From an uncultured Bacilli bacterium (lineage in GTDB: Bacteria > Bacillota_I > Bacilli_A > RF39 > UBA660), in assembly GCA_944363635.1 (NCBI GenBank), contig CALVUP010000004.1, forward strand, positions 10,249 to 74,248: a stretch of 64,000 nt of DNA, read 5' to 3'. Shown piece after piece: positions 40,828-51,045 of the stretch. A model generated the notes under the pieces. The model was not told the DNA's origin. It saw only the letters and a list, made by a program, of their open reading frames with translations, and did not search any database. Each line of letters begins with the position of its first letter. Within the stretch, counting starts at the first letter, position 1. Position numbers and translations under genes: made by a program.

Positions 40828-41268
40828 TTACCCTCCTAAAATCATAAATCGTATCATTCCAAAAATCCATGCGGATACGACACCATAAAGAATAACCGAT
40901 CCTGCTAATTTAAAAATATTGCTTCCAAGTCCAAAAATAGGTCCTTCTGTTTTATATTCAATTCCGGCACTTGTCATAGAATGTGCAAATCCTGTAATTG
41001 GTATAATTAAACCACACTTACAGATTGTAACCCACTTATCAAAGAAACCAAGGGCTGTAAATAAAGAAGCAAAAAAGATTAATGTCACAGTCGCAAATAT
41101 AGAAGCTTCTTGAGCAGGAATTTCTAAAAAGTAAGAATAAATATCAATTAATCCCTGACCAATTAAACCTACAATTCCTCCACTTACAAAAGCAATGATT
41201 CCATTTTGAACTTTATGTTCTTTTGGTTTATGTCTGTTGACAATTTCATTATAATCTTTTAATCTCAT
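40828..41268 (-). CDS. spoVAC: Stage V sporulation protein AC
   Basis: AFVSGG, IPITGFAHS, IFKLAGSVI. Confidence 0.93.
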   Translation of the reverse strand: MRLKDYNEIVNRHKPKEHKVQNGIIAFVSGGIVGLIGQGLIDIYSYFLEIPAQEASIFATVTLIFFASLFTALGFFDKWVTICKCGLIIPITGFAHSMTSAGIEYKTEGPIFGLGSNIFKLAGSVILYGVVSAWIFGMIRFMILGG

Positions 41269-41283
41269 ACTATCACCTAATCC

Positions 41284-41313
41284 TATTATGTTAATAATTT
41301 TAAATTTTTATAC
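41284..41313 (-). promoter_or_regulatory. Sigma-G-type promoter of spoVA
   Basis: GTATA-N18-CATAATA on the minus strand; spoVA is sigG-controlled in B. subtilis. Confidence 0.7.
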
Positions 41314-41326
41314 AAAAAAATTAGTT

Positions 41327-41986
41327 TCAATTGTTTGAAACTAATCTTTGTCTTAGTTTAGTCAATATCTTTGCTTCTTTTCTGGATACTTGTACTTGAG
41401 AAATGCCTAATTTATCTGAAGTTTCACTTTGTGTTAAATCATTATAATATCTTTGCTTGATCAACTCTTTTTCATCATCGGATAAATGATTTAGTTCTGT
41501 TTTTAAATCTTGTATATCAGCATCATAAGCTTTTTCTTCACAAGAGATTCTATTATATAAATCCATACTTTCTTCATTTTCTTCATAATCCAAACTACGA
41601 ATAAATTCATTCGCGGCTTCTACATCCGCAATTTGCTTTTCATCCATTTCTAAAAATAAAGATAATTCTGTTGTCGTAGGACTTCGCATCAATTTTTGTG
41701 ATAAAAATTCTTTTGCTTTACTAATCGCTTGGTTTAATTTTATATATTCACGACTAATTTTAATATTCTTATCTTCTCTTACATATTTTTTTACTTCCCC
41801 GTAAATCGAGGAAAAAGCATAGGTGGAAAACTTTACTCCAGCTTGTTCATCATAATTTTTATACGCTTTTAAAAGTCCAATCATACCTGCTTGAAACAAA
41901 TCCTCTTTGTCAAAATATTTGATATATTTTTTTATAATATAGTATATTAGATTCTGATTTTGTTCTACGATTTCTTCTACTTGCAT
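41327..41986 (-). CDS. sigF: Sporulation sigma factor, SigF-like
   Basis: EDLFQAGMIGLLKA, KFSTYA, GISQVQVSR; lies between spoIIAA and spoVAC. Confidence 0.82.
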   Translation of the reverse strand: MQVEEIVEQNQNLIYYIIKKYIKYFDKEDLFQAGMIGLLKAYKNYDEQAGVKFSTYAFSSIYGEVKKYVREDKNIKISREYIKLNQAISKAKEFLSQKLMRSPTTTELSLFLEMDEKQIADVEAANEFIRSLDYEENEESMDLYNRISCEEKAYDADIQDLKTELNHLSDDEKELIKQRYYNDLTQSETSDKLGISQVQVSRKEAKILTKLRQRLVSNN

Positions 41987-42000
41987 ACAATTTCTCCTTC

Positions 42001-42336
42001 CTATATATTTATAATACTAAAGGCTTGTAGTTCATTGTCGCTTTTATGTATTCCCTTAAAAAAATCTTTTTCTATTTTTTTATTGTCATCGACGCCACAA
42101 ATAACGACCTTGCCATCTATTTTCGCAATATACCTATATTCATCTAAAATCAAATCGGCTCCAATGGTATCTAAATTGGTTAACTGACGCAAATTAATTA
42201 CAATGTACTTAATTCCCTTTTCTTCAATTAAATTACTCACTTCATTTTTAAAATATTTAGATGTTTCTTTATTTAAATTTCCAATTAATCGTACAAAAAG
42301 GATTCCTCTTCTTATTTCCATATTTATATCTAACAT
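42001..42336 (-). CDS. spoIIAA: STAS-domain anti-anti-sigma factor, divergent SpoIIAA
   Basis: ILFVRLIG.L...IVINL..L..LDTIG...GKVVIC; position in the locus. Confidence 0.75.
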   Translation of the reverse strand: MLDINMEIRRGILFVRLIGNLNKETSKYFKNEVSNLIEEKGIKYIVINLRQLTNLDTIGADLILDEYRYIAKIDGKVVICGVDDNKKIEKDFFKGIHKSDNELQAFSIINI

Positions 42337-42388
42337 TTGATCACCTCGTTACTCAAATATAGAACACTTTTTTCTATTTTTATACACA

Positions 42389-42421
42389 TTCGACAGAATC
42401 TCTCTTTTTTTTCGTTCGACA
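42389..42421 (-). promoter_or_regulatory. Two Spo0A-box consensus sites (TGTCGAA)
   Basis: Plus-strand ttcgaca at 42389-42395 and 42415-42421, upstream of spoIIAA; the proximal site could instead be a sigH -10 (GTCGAAT). Confidence 0.65.
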
Positions 42422-42435
42422 AAATTCGTGACTAT

Positions 42436-43791
42436 TTAAATTCCTAATATTCTTTTTACAATTAAAAACATTGAAATGGATAAATAAGAAAATATGCTAT
42501 TTTTTTCTGGTTGTTTTTCATTCTTGTCTTCTTCTTTTTGCTGTTCTTTTACAGTTTGTCCCGTTTTAATTGTTATTTTATCTACTTGTTCTACATTGCT
42601 TTCTTTAGAAATATGAATACTTTCCATTTTTTCTTCTACATCTAATGTAACGTATTGATCAATTTGAAAATCTTGATAGGAAAATGTAATCTTATATAAA
42701 CCATTCTTATTGATGTTGATGGTATCTTTAATTTGAATTTTCTTTTTATCTATACTGGATTTTTCAATCAAATCATATAAATTATAGTCTCTAGAGGTAA
42801 TAACATAATTCTCTTTAAAGGTAATTGTTTCTCTGTTTTTTATCTTATAATAGATTTTATATTGCTTTTGGTCTTTAATATAACCTGGTTTATCTATATA
42901 ATACCCTTCTAAATAGTTTCGATCCATTCTATAATATTTATATTTTATATCTTTGTAAGCATATAAAGTATATTGACTGATTAATTTATATTCTTCTTCC
43001 TCTATTTTTTCTTCGGTTGTTATTTTTTGTTTTTCATAATAAAGATCTTTTAAATAATCTTTTAGATCTATATTAAATCTATATCCACTATCTTCGGTAT
43101 TGTACATATTGCTTTCTAAATAGACATCAATATAATTCTTGAGTACTTGTTTTTGATCGTCTAAAGCACTTATTTTAAATGTACTTTTATCGGTACCATA
43201 ATTATCCGTAAGATAGACTTCTAATTTTAATTTTTCTAAATCATAGTTTCCTTTTAAATCAAGAATGAATGTATCTTGATTTAAAACAGAAGTGTATCCT
43301 TGATCGAACTGATTATCCATTATTTTCTCTTTGTTTTTACAGTTTGCACATTCTAGAGTATAGGCAATTTCTTTACCTTCAGAATACACTTTTACCTCTA
43401 AAAAACGTAGTGCATCATTTGAACCCATAATATCATAAAAGTATAAATAACGAATCGGAAGGGCTTTGGCATATTCATACATTTCTTTAGTCTTTATAAT
43501 ACGCCCTTTTTCTTCCTTAGGCCTTTCCTTGGACCAATCAGTATAATCAGTCTCTATAAAATCATTGCTTTTATATGGATACGATGGATCATTTAAATCT
43601 TCTACATAATATGCATTGCTATAAATCTTTTGTTCTTCATAAAATTTATATCGATATTCCTCTTCATAATTGGTATTTATGGGTTTTGTGGTTTGATAGT
43701 TGATGGTTTCCTTCCCATAATATGTAGCAGCATAAACACCATTTGGTAAAATAAAATTTATAATTATTATGATCTTAAATAATTTTTTCAT
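42436..43791 (-). CDS. Hypothetical exported, C-terminally anchored Tyr-rich protein
   Basis: Signal peptide ..VYAA; C-terminal hydrophobic segment. Confidence 0.75.
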   Translation of the reverse strand: MKKLFKIIIIINFILPNGVYAATYYGKETINYQTTKPINTNYEEEYRYKFYEEQKIYSNAYYVEDLNDPSYPYKSNDFIETDYTDWSKERPKEEKGRIIKTKEMYEYAKALPIRYLYFYDIMGSNDALRFLEVKVYSEGKEIAYTLECANCKNKEKIMDNQFDQGYTSVLNQDTFILDLKGNYDLEKLKLEVYLTDNYGTDKSTFKISALDDQKQVLKNYIDVYLESNMYNTEDSGYRFNIDLKDYLKDLYYEKQKITTEEKIEEEEYKLISQYTLYAYKDIKYKYYRMDRNYLEGYYIDKPGYIKDQKQYKIYYKIKNRETITFKENYVITSRDYNLYDLIEKSSIDKKKIQIKDTININKNGLYKITFSYQDFQIDQYVTLDVEEKMESIHISKESNVEQVDKITIKTGQTVKEQQKEEDKNEKQPEKNSIFSYLSISMFLIVKRILGI

Positions 43792-43927
43792 ATCCCTCCT
43801 TTTTTTCTTTCAACCCCTTTTTATTTTTATTCAATCATAAAATCACCTTCTTTATTTTTCTATTCACCTATATTATTGTCGCGTGATTTAAAAAATCATA
43901 AAAAAAATTACATAAAAGTATGTAATT

Positions 43928-44452
43928 TTATTGAATGAGTATATTGAAAGACCCCATGTAATAAGGTGCGATTTGATAAGGTTCAAAATAAAGTATGATT
44001 CCATCCTTGGTAAATACAAAATTTTTAAAATTTTCTTTTTTAGGTATAGTACCTTCTATAAGCATAGCTTTTATATTTGGATCTTGAAATTCTTTATGGT
44101 TTTCAAATTGTTGTCTACTTTGATTCGAAAAATAATTTAGAAGCATTGGATTTTCTTTTATTAAATCATTTATATCTATTTTTTGATTTTTAATTTTATT
44201 ATAATTGATTGTAAAAATGGTATTGTTGGGATGAGCACCACCAAGAAACATAGAGTTATAAAATACATAAGATAAATATTCATCGGTTTCATATGTATCA
44301 TAATAAATATACAAACTAAAAGGAAGGTTTTGCACAGAATCTTGTGTATAATTCATGAATTCTTGTATATTTTTATTTATATAATAAATGACTTCTTGAT
44401 TTAATTCTTTATAAGCACTCTGTGGATACATGATTCTGAACGTATTTTTCAT
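43928..44452 (-). CDS. DUF3298 / RsiV-PdaC-like domain protein
   Basis: GGAHPN...F.FTKDGI..YFEPYQIAPY.MG. Confidence 0.85.
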   Translation of the reverse strand: MKNTFRIMYPQSAYKELNQEVIYYINKNIQEFMNYTQDSVQNLPFSLYIYYDTYETDEYLSYVFYNSMFLGGAHPNNTIFTINYNKIKNQKIDINDLIKENPMLLNYFSNQSRQQFENHKEFQDPNIKAMLIEGTIPKKENFKNFVFTKDGIILYFEPYQIAPYYMGSFNILIQ

Positions 44453-44581
44453 TTCATCACCTATATCAGTATATGCTAAAGAAAAAGATTTATTTTGCCA
44501 TTTTCTTCTATATGATTTCTATAAATTAAAGATGTAGAGCATTGTTATGTCTACATCGATTTTATCTTTCAAATCGTATAT

Positions 44582-45487
44582 TTATTGTTGTGCTAAAAAT
44601 TGATCCAATTCTTCTTTATATGGCATACCTTCTTGGGCTGTTTTTTTAGTAATTTTCATTGCTGATGCGTACTGTGAGCGGACAATAGCGTCTTCTAGGG
44701 AATATCCATGAGATAGGCAATAAGCTAGATTTCCACAAAAAGTATCTCCTGCTCCTGTTGTGTCTTCTATATGGGGTGTATGTATCGCATCTATATGAAT
44801 ATTTCTTTCTCCATTGTTATAAATTAATCCATTTTCTCCTAAAGTGACTATGAGTTTGTTCGGATATTTTTCTACGCATTGTTCTATATTTTCTGTATGA
44901 AATATAGTTTCACATTCTTTTTTATTGGCTGTAATATAGGTTATTTTATCTAGCAATTCTTGGTTTTCTTTTTCATGAATGGATAGTTTTTCTGGTCGAC
45001 ATGGAGTAATGATAAGTGGGATATGATGTTCGTAACAAAAATCAATGAGTGCGACACTTACCTCTTTTGGAATTTTCATTTGTCCTACTACAATTTTTGA
45101 ATTTAATAGTACATCTTGATAGGTAGAAATCATATTTACATCAAAACTTTCTGTTGCTCCAACATGTCTTTCGATTTTATTTTCTTTTGTTCTGTCGTCT
45201 ATATATATTTTTGCATAATCGTTATCGATTCCTTCAATCATTTCTACGTTATTTGTTGATACATTGTTATAAATTAAATTTTCTAAAATATTTTCACCAA
45301 CACTGTCTTTTCCAATTCTTGTAATAATAGTCGTTATCGCTCCTGCACGAGAAGCTGCGACGGCTTGATTGGACCCTTTTCCTCCTGGAATTAATATATT
45401 TGGTTGTCTTGAGATCTGACCATTTTGATCCAAATAATACATTTGATCCAAAGCACATCCTCCAAATACACATACATCATATTTCAT
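44582..45487 (-). CDS. rbsK: PfkB family sugar kinase (ribokinase-like)
   Basis: PGGKGSNQAVAASR, DTTGAGDTF. Confidence 0.85.
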   Translation of the reverse strand: MKYDVCVFGGCALDQMYYLDQNGQISRQPNILIPGGKGSNQAVAASRAGAITTIITRIGKDSVGENILENLIYNNVSTNNVEMIEGIDNDYAKIYIDDRTKENKIERHVGATESFDVNMISTYQDVLLNSKIVVGQMKIPKEVSVALIDFCYEHHIPLIITPCRPEKLSIHEKENQELLDKITYITANKKECETIFHTENIEQCVEKYPNKLIVTLGENGLIYNNGERNIHIDAIHTPHIEDTTGAGDTFCGNLAYCLSHGYSLEDAIVRSQYASAMKITKKTAQEGMPYKEELDQFLAQQ

Positions 45488-45526
45488 AAAATCACCTATT
45501 TTTATTATAACATATTAAAAACAAAA

Positions 45527-46708
45527 CTATATAGCTGATGTGAATATTTCTTTTAAATTTCTTATATAAAGACCCAAAAGATGAATCTTTTTTATATCTT
45601 CTTTTACAGTTACTTCTGTTGTGGCAATGGTTTTATTGTTATTATCTTTAACAAGAACCTTTCCTACGGTATCTCCTTGTTTTACTGGTAATTTTATCTC
45701 ATTTAATTGTAGTTGTGTTGTATAATCTATATCTTTATCTGTTTTCTTCTTAAAGATCGATACATTTTCTTTTAATACAATGTCAACATTCTCCTTATCG
45801 GCTTTATCCAAAGTAAGTGTATCAATTTTTGTATCTTTTTTTTGAATGACATTAACTTCATATAGATCAAAACCATAATCGAGTAAAGCCATGGTTTCAC
45901 TATTTCTTACTTTACTATTTTCTTCCCCTAAAACAATAGCAATGAGTCTCATATCGTTTTTCTTAGCTGTAGCCGCTAAGCAATATCCAGCAGCATCGGT
46001 ATGCCCAGTTTTTAATCCATCTGCGCCTTGGTATTGGCGAACCAATTTGTTGGTATTCACAAGCCAAAATTTGTTCTCGGTATCCTCTCTTAAATAATCT
46101 TCATAAATGGATGAGAATTCTAATATTTTCTCGTGGGATAAAAGTTCCCTAGCAATCACAGATAAATCACGAGCTGTGGAATAATGATTGTCTACATCCA
46201 ATCCTGTACAATTTGAAAAATGCGTATTTTTAAGTCCTAATTCTTCCACTTTTTTATTCATAAGTTTTACAAATTCTTCTTCACTACCTGCGATAGCTTC
46301 AGCCATAGCCACAGTAGCGTCGTTCGCGCTTGCAACTGAGATCCCCTTAAATAAATCTTCTACACTCATTTTTTCATTTGGTTCTAAGTAAATTTGTGAC
46401 CCTCCAAAAGAGGCTGCGTTTTCGGATACAGTTATGATATCATCCCATTTTATTTTTCCCTGTTCAATATTTTCTAAAATTATAATTTGGGCTGTCATTT
46501 TTGTTAAAGATGCAATCGATAGTTTGGTATCTGCCTTTTTTTCAAAGATGACTGTTCCACTATCATAATCCAATAAGATTCCACTTTTTGCATTTGTAAT
46601 TAAATTGGTTGTTTCTTTATTTTCCTCTTCTTTTTCTTCTGTTTGTGCGGAAACCACAAAAGGTATAAAAAGAGAAAGACAAAGTATGATCATTATAAAT
46701 CTTTTCAT
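45527..46708 (-). CDS. dacF: D-Ala-D-Ala carboxypeptidase (S11, DacF-like)
   Basis: SLTK, SAN and KTG motifs; FWLVNTNKL. Confidence 0.88.
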   Translation of the reverse strand: MKRFIMIILCLSLFIPFVVSAQTEEKEEENKETTNLITNAKSGILLDYDSGTVIFEKKADTKLSIASLTKMTAQIIILENIEQGKIKWDDIITVSENAASFGGSQIYLEPNEKMSVEDLFKGISVASANDATVAMAEAIAGSEEEFVKLMNKKVEELGLKNTHFSNCTGLDVDNHYSTARDLSVIARELLSHEKILEFSSIYEDYLREDTENKFWLVNTNKLVRQYQGADGLKTGHTDAAGYCLAATAKKNDMRLIAIVLGEENSKVRNSETMALLDYGFDLYEVNVIQKKDTKIDTLTLDKADKENVDIVLKENVSIFKKKTDKDIDYTTQLQLNEIKLPVKQGDTVGKVLVKDNNNKTIATTEVTVKEDIKKIHLLGLYIRNLKEIFTSAI

Positions 46709-46769
46709 ATTTTTCCTCCTAATAACTATTATGTAATAAAGATATATTTTATTAATAAAGGATGATGTC

Positions 46770-47609
46770 ATGAAAAAAATTATTTTTATTTTGGTCGTTT
46801 TATTATTCGTTTTTATTCTTTTGTTTTTCTTTTGGTTTTATAAAATAAGGGATGAAGAAAAGTATCAAAATAAAAAATATATTAAAACGTTAGAAAAAAT
46901 AGATTATTATATACCTCAAAATGAGCAAAGATATATAAATTATAAACAAACACATTTTAATTTAAACGATGAAGATATCGTTACACAAGTAAACTTAAAC
47001 TTAGATAAAGATTTTTATACCGATACGATGGAAACTCCCTATAAAAACACCAATTATATTTTAATCAATAAATTTTATTATGTGGATAAAGAGTATGTAC
47101 CAGAGTCTCTAGAAGAGATTACGATTTGTACGAAAGGAAGTCTTTATCTCGTTGAAGAGGCCAAGATCCAGTTTGAGAAAATGTGTCAGGATGTCCAAAA
47201 AGAAAATTTAAAAATCAGAGCTATTTCAGCTTATCGAGATTATACATATCAACTCAATTTATACAATAAATATTTGGTACATGACACGAAGAAAAATGTA
47301 GATACGTATTCGGCTCGTGCAGGACACTCCGAACACCAAAGTGGATTAACAGTTGATTTAGATAATACCGTTACGGATTTTAATAACTTCGAAAGTACAG
47401 ATGAATTTCTTTGGCTAGAGGAGAATGCCTATAAATATGGTTTCATTCTTCGTTATCCTAAAAATAAAGAAAAAATTACAGGATATTCCTACGAAGCATG
47501 GCATTACAGGTATGTTGGTGAAAATATTGCTTCTTACATAAAAAAACATAATATTACTTTTGATGAATATTATGTTCGCTTTATACAAAACAAAGTTAAT
47601 TATTCGTGA
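46770..47609 (+). CDS. M15B (VanY-like) carboxypeptidase
   Basis: SAYR, SARAGHSEHQSGL..D, YEAWHYRYVG. Confidence 0.9.
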   Translation: MKKIIFILVVLLFVFILLFFFWFYKIRDEEKYQNKKYIKTLEKIDYYIPQNEQRYINYKQTHFNLNDEDIVTQVNLNLDKDFYTDTMETPYKNTNYILINKFYYVDKEYVPESLEEITICTKGSLYLVEEAKIQFEKMCQDVQKENLKIRAISAYRDYTYQLNLYNKYLVHDTKKNVDTYSARAGHSEHQSGLTVDLDNTVTDFNNFESTDEFLWLEENAYKYGFILRYPKNKEKITGYSYEAWHYRYVGENIASYIKKHNITFDEYYVRFIQNKVNYS

Positions 47610-48438
47610 TTTTATCTATAATACTTTTTTGTTTTTCATAAGTATTAGCATTTAAAGCCATTCCTATAACAAATACATAGGAAAGCAAATAAATCCATAA
47701 CATCAATATTAAAATATTCGCTACACTACCATAAAACAAATCATATTTATTAAATGCACCAATATAAATAGAATAAACTTCTGTTGCGACAATCCAAATG
47801 ACGGTTGTAAAGATCGCTCCTTTGGTTGTTGTTACACTTTCAATTTTTTTGTCGGGAGCCATTGTGTATAGCAATTTAATACTAATAAAGATAAACATCA
47901 ACGAAATTGGATATTTTAAAATTTGATAAATGATATTGATTACTTTTGCATTAGCTGATGTTCCTAAAGCAGCTTCAATCAAATCAATAATAAAATCACC
48001 AAAGACCGGAACAACAATTAAGAACAATAGTAATAGAACTAATATCAGAGTCATGATAATTGCTTTAATTCTTCGGGATAAGTAATCTTTATCCTTAAAC
48101 TTATAAATGGAGTTAGAAGCAATAATCATTGAATGCGTTCCATTGCTGGCAAGGAGAAAAGCAGAAAAATAGAAAATTACCATGTTGGTCCCTATGCTTT
48201 TCCCCGATGTAAGCAAACTTAAAGCCTCTTTTACAGCACTTGGTATACTAATAGCAAACAAATCTTCAAAAGTCGCTAATGAAATATGAAAGGAAGAAGC
48301 AATAGCTCCAATTAAAGCAATTAGAGGAATTAAGGACATTAGAAAAAAGAATGATAATTGTCCAGGTAAGACTCTCATTTCTGGTCTTTTTATAATATTA
48401 TATATGGATTTTAACATTCTTTTTGTCTTTTTTTTCAT
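47596..48438 (-). CDS. YihY/virulence factor BrkB family membrane protein
   Basis: SFFFLMSLIP, YGS...ILMLWIY. Confidence 0.88.
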   Translation of the reverse strand: MKKKTKRMLKSIYNIIKRPEMRVLPGQLSFFFLMSLIPLIALIGAIASSFHISLATFEDLFAISIPSAVKEALSLLTSGKSIGTNMVIFYFSAFLLASNGTHSMIIASNSIYKFKDKDYLSRRIKAIIMTLILVLLLLFLIVVPVFGDFIIDLIEAALGTSANAKVINIIYQILKYPISLMFIFISIKLLYTMAPDKKIESVTTTKGAIFTTVIWIVATEVYSIYIGAFNKYDLFYGSVANILILMLWIYLLSYVFVIGMALNANTYEKQKSIIDKITNN

Positions 48439-48446
48439 TTTATCCC

Positions 48447-50486
48447 CTACTTATAATCTTCCTTTTTGCTTTTCATTAAAAGCGTAGCTTCTGAAATAGC
48501 ATCATCAATCGTCTTAATATCATCTTTAATCATACTATATCCAATAGATGCCCCAAAACCATAAGGAAGTTTTTTTAACTCTTTTGCTAATTTTTTAGTA
48601 TAGTTTTCAATTTGTGATTCACTATAACCAATCGTATAAATCAAAAATTCATTTCCATTTGTTCTTATAATCTCACTGTTTTCAAGTTGGGTATTTACTA
48701 GGACAGAAGCTGCTTTTACAATTAAATCATCTCCCGCCTCATAGCCATGATTATCATTTACATATTGTACATTATTTAAATCTATCATAATAATAGATTG
48801 AGGTAAAACTTTACATTCATCCCATTTATTAATATTCAAATTTAAATAATTTCTATTTTTAAGTGCTGTTAATAAGTCTGTATATTTTGCTCTTTCTTCT
48901 TTCTTCACTTGTTTCATTTTATGTTTATTTTTTGTATAAGCAATAATTCCAATAATTACAAACAATATAACTAACAAAATAATAAATACGGTAATTAAGA
49001 CTGTACTAAATGATGAAGTATCAAAATCTGTTGTTGTTAAATTAATTAAACCACTGTTTCTATATCGATAATAAGAATTGGTATTGATAATGTAATTGAA
49101 TAATTTATAGAATGTTTCGTCTTCTTTTTTTATCTTAAAACTATATTCGTTTGTAATTACATCTGTATACAATACTTCATAATTTTTAAAAATAGAATTT
49201 TTATAATATGAATACAATTCTTTATCAACCACAATCATACTTGTGGATTTTTTATCAACAAGATCTTTGATACGATCTACTTTAACAATATCAGCTCTAC
49301 TGTTTTTTTCAAAGTATTTTGTAATCAAAGAAGATTCAAGCATTTTTACTTCTTCATTTTTAATACTTTCGAAAGAAGTAACCACATGATCATCTTCTAC
49401 TTTTCCTAAAACAGCATAGCTTTCAATAAATGGAGAAACAGTAGAAGTATAGTTTTCGTTACTTAAACCATAATAATCAAAATATAAATCAACTTCACCA
49501 TTACTAATCGCATTTTTTAAATCTTCAACACTTTCATATTTTTTATATGTAAATTCAATATCCGCCAAACGACTCATACGATCAATATATTCCATAGCAA
49601 TTCCTTCTACAGAATTATGAGTCGTAACTTCAAACGGAACATTTTCTACATATCCATACACATAGGATTTTGAAATCAATTCTGTTTTTATTTTATCACT
49701 TACATCATTCTTTTCTAAATAATAGTCCAATAATTCACTATTATAATTGTCTACATAATTTTGATTTTTCCACTGTGTAAAATGTTTTTTGATAATGCTA
49801 TTTAGAGTATCATTATCATCACTTAATGTAAGCACGGCCTTCTTACTTAGATCCGTAAAATAGTAATTTACATAATACGTGTTTGAAGCAATAATTTTAT
49901 CTAAATAACGCATATAAGGAATCACGATTAAATCAACTTTTTTATCATCAAGACCTTTATAAAGTTGATTTATATTTTCATAAGACACATAAGAAATGTT
50001 ACTACTGCTTTTTAAATAATAACTCACTTCTGACATGTCATTGCTTAATACACCAAGTTTTATATTGTTGATATCTGCCTCTTTAGTGATCGTCATTGCC
50101 TTTAGGCCAATAGCAACATAACTATCTTTAAATATTAATAAATCATTCTTTCCTAGTTCTTCCTCATTATTTAAAATACGAATACGGTATCCTTCCCCTG
50201 TTTCTTCTGAATCCAAAACGGGAATTTTATTAAACTCAAGACCTGTTTTGCTTTCTAAATTTGCTACATAGTTAAAGAATACCCCTTCTCCATCAAGTCC
50301 ATAGACTGGATAATTGTTTACTATAGAAAAATCGATTTTGGTATTTGTATTTTCTTCCAACCATTTTTTTTCAGATAGATTAAAACTTGTTTTTCTACTT
50401 TCTGAATTAAAATACAAAAACACACCTACAAATGCAACAACAAATGCAATTATAGGAATGATAATAAATAAGCGTTTCTTTTTCAT
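48447..50486 (-). CDS. Membrane sensor with two substrate-binding-like domains and a degenerate GGDEF domain
   Basis: D.LT.LKNR, DLNN...VND.HG..AGD, RTNGNEF in place of RxGGDEF, SIG. Confidence 0.85.
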   Translation of the reverse strand: MKKKRLFIIIPIIAFVVAFVGVFLYFNSESRKTSFNLSEKKWLEENTNTKIDFSIVNNYPVYGLDGEGVFFNYVANLESKTGLEFNKIPVLDSEETGEGYRIRILNNEEELGKNDLLIFKDSYVAIGLKAMTITKEADINNIKLGVLSNDMSEVSYYLKSSSNISYVSYENINQLYKGLDDKKVDLIVIPYMRYLDKIIASNTYYVNYYFTDLSKKAVLTLSDDNDTLNSIIKKHFTQWKNQNYVDNYNSELLDYYLEKNDVSDKIKTELISKSYVYGYVENVPFEVTTHNSVEGIAMEYIDRMSRLADIEFTYKKYESVEDLKNAISNGEVDLYFDYYGLSNENYTSTVSPFIESYAVLGKVEDDHVVTSFESIKNEEVKMLESSLITKYFEKNSRADIVKVDRIKDLVDKKSTSMIVVDKELYSYYKNSIFKNYEVLYTDVITNEYSFKIKKEDETFYKLFNYIINTNSYYRYRNSGLINLTTTDFDTSSFSTVLITVFIILLVILFVIIGIIAYTKNKHKMKQVKKEERAKYTDLLTALKNRNYLNLNINKWDECKVLPQSIIMIDLNNVQYVNDNHGYEAGDDLIVKAASVLVNTQLENSEIIRTNGNEFLIYTIGYSESQIENYTKKLAKELKKLPYGFGASIGYSMIKDDIKTIDDAISEATLLMKSKKEDYK

Positions 50487-50959
50487 TAATTGTCACCTCG
50501 GTCTTTAGTAAAACTAAAACTATCCGCCGTGGCTTTCTTATAACCGATAATTGGATAACTACTATTTTTTTCATCTTCATTGTTTATAAAGACTTGAAAA
50601 TCATAGAATTTTACTTGTTCTTCATCATAACTTTCTGTTACTTTTGAAGTTAGAGCTTTAGCATCTTTTAAAGCTGTATCTTGTTTTACCTCAATTGTCA
50701 CATTTACAATTTTTCCTTGTATACGATAAGAAGCAGAAGAAACTTTATCTTCTTTTTCTAGAGTAGAAACCATTTCCTCCGCTTGGTCCTCTTGAATTTT
50801 TACCTCTTCTATTCCATCTAAACGATTGCCATAGTTTGCTTTTGTTGAATTATCTGTAAAAAATACAATCGTACTAATGATCAAAATAATAATTAAAACA
50901 ATGATAATTGTTAATAACAATTTCACTTTATTTTGCGTTAATTTTTTTATAAATTTCAT
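50486..50959 (-). CDS. Membrane-anchored hypothetical protein
   Basis: N-terminal TM helix; YGNRLDGI; RBS GGAGTG. Confidence 0.75.
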   Translation of the reverse strand: MKFIKKLTQNKVKLLLTIIIVLIIILIISTIVFFTDNSTKANYGNRLDGIEEVKIQEDQAEEMVSTLEKEDKVSSASYRIQGKIVNVTIEVKQDTALKDAKALTSKVTESYDEEQVKFYDFQVFINNEDEKNSSYPIIGYKKATADSFSFTKDRGDN

Positions 50960-51045
50960 ACGCTTCACTCCTTGTATTATTATTATACAATAGTTTTTTT
51001 CAATAATCAATTTAAATCTATATGTAATTCTATGACAACGCTTCT

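Noticed and set aside
46770-47609. VanY-like gene as a glycopeptide-resistance determinant
   Set aside because: No vanHAX/vanRS nearby; M15B carboxypeptidases are common housekeeping wall enzymes
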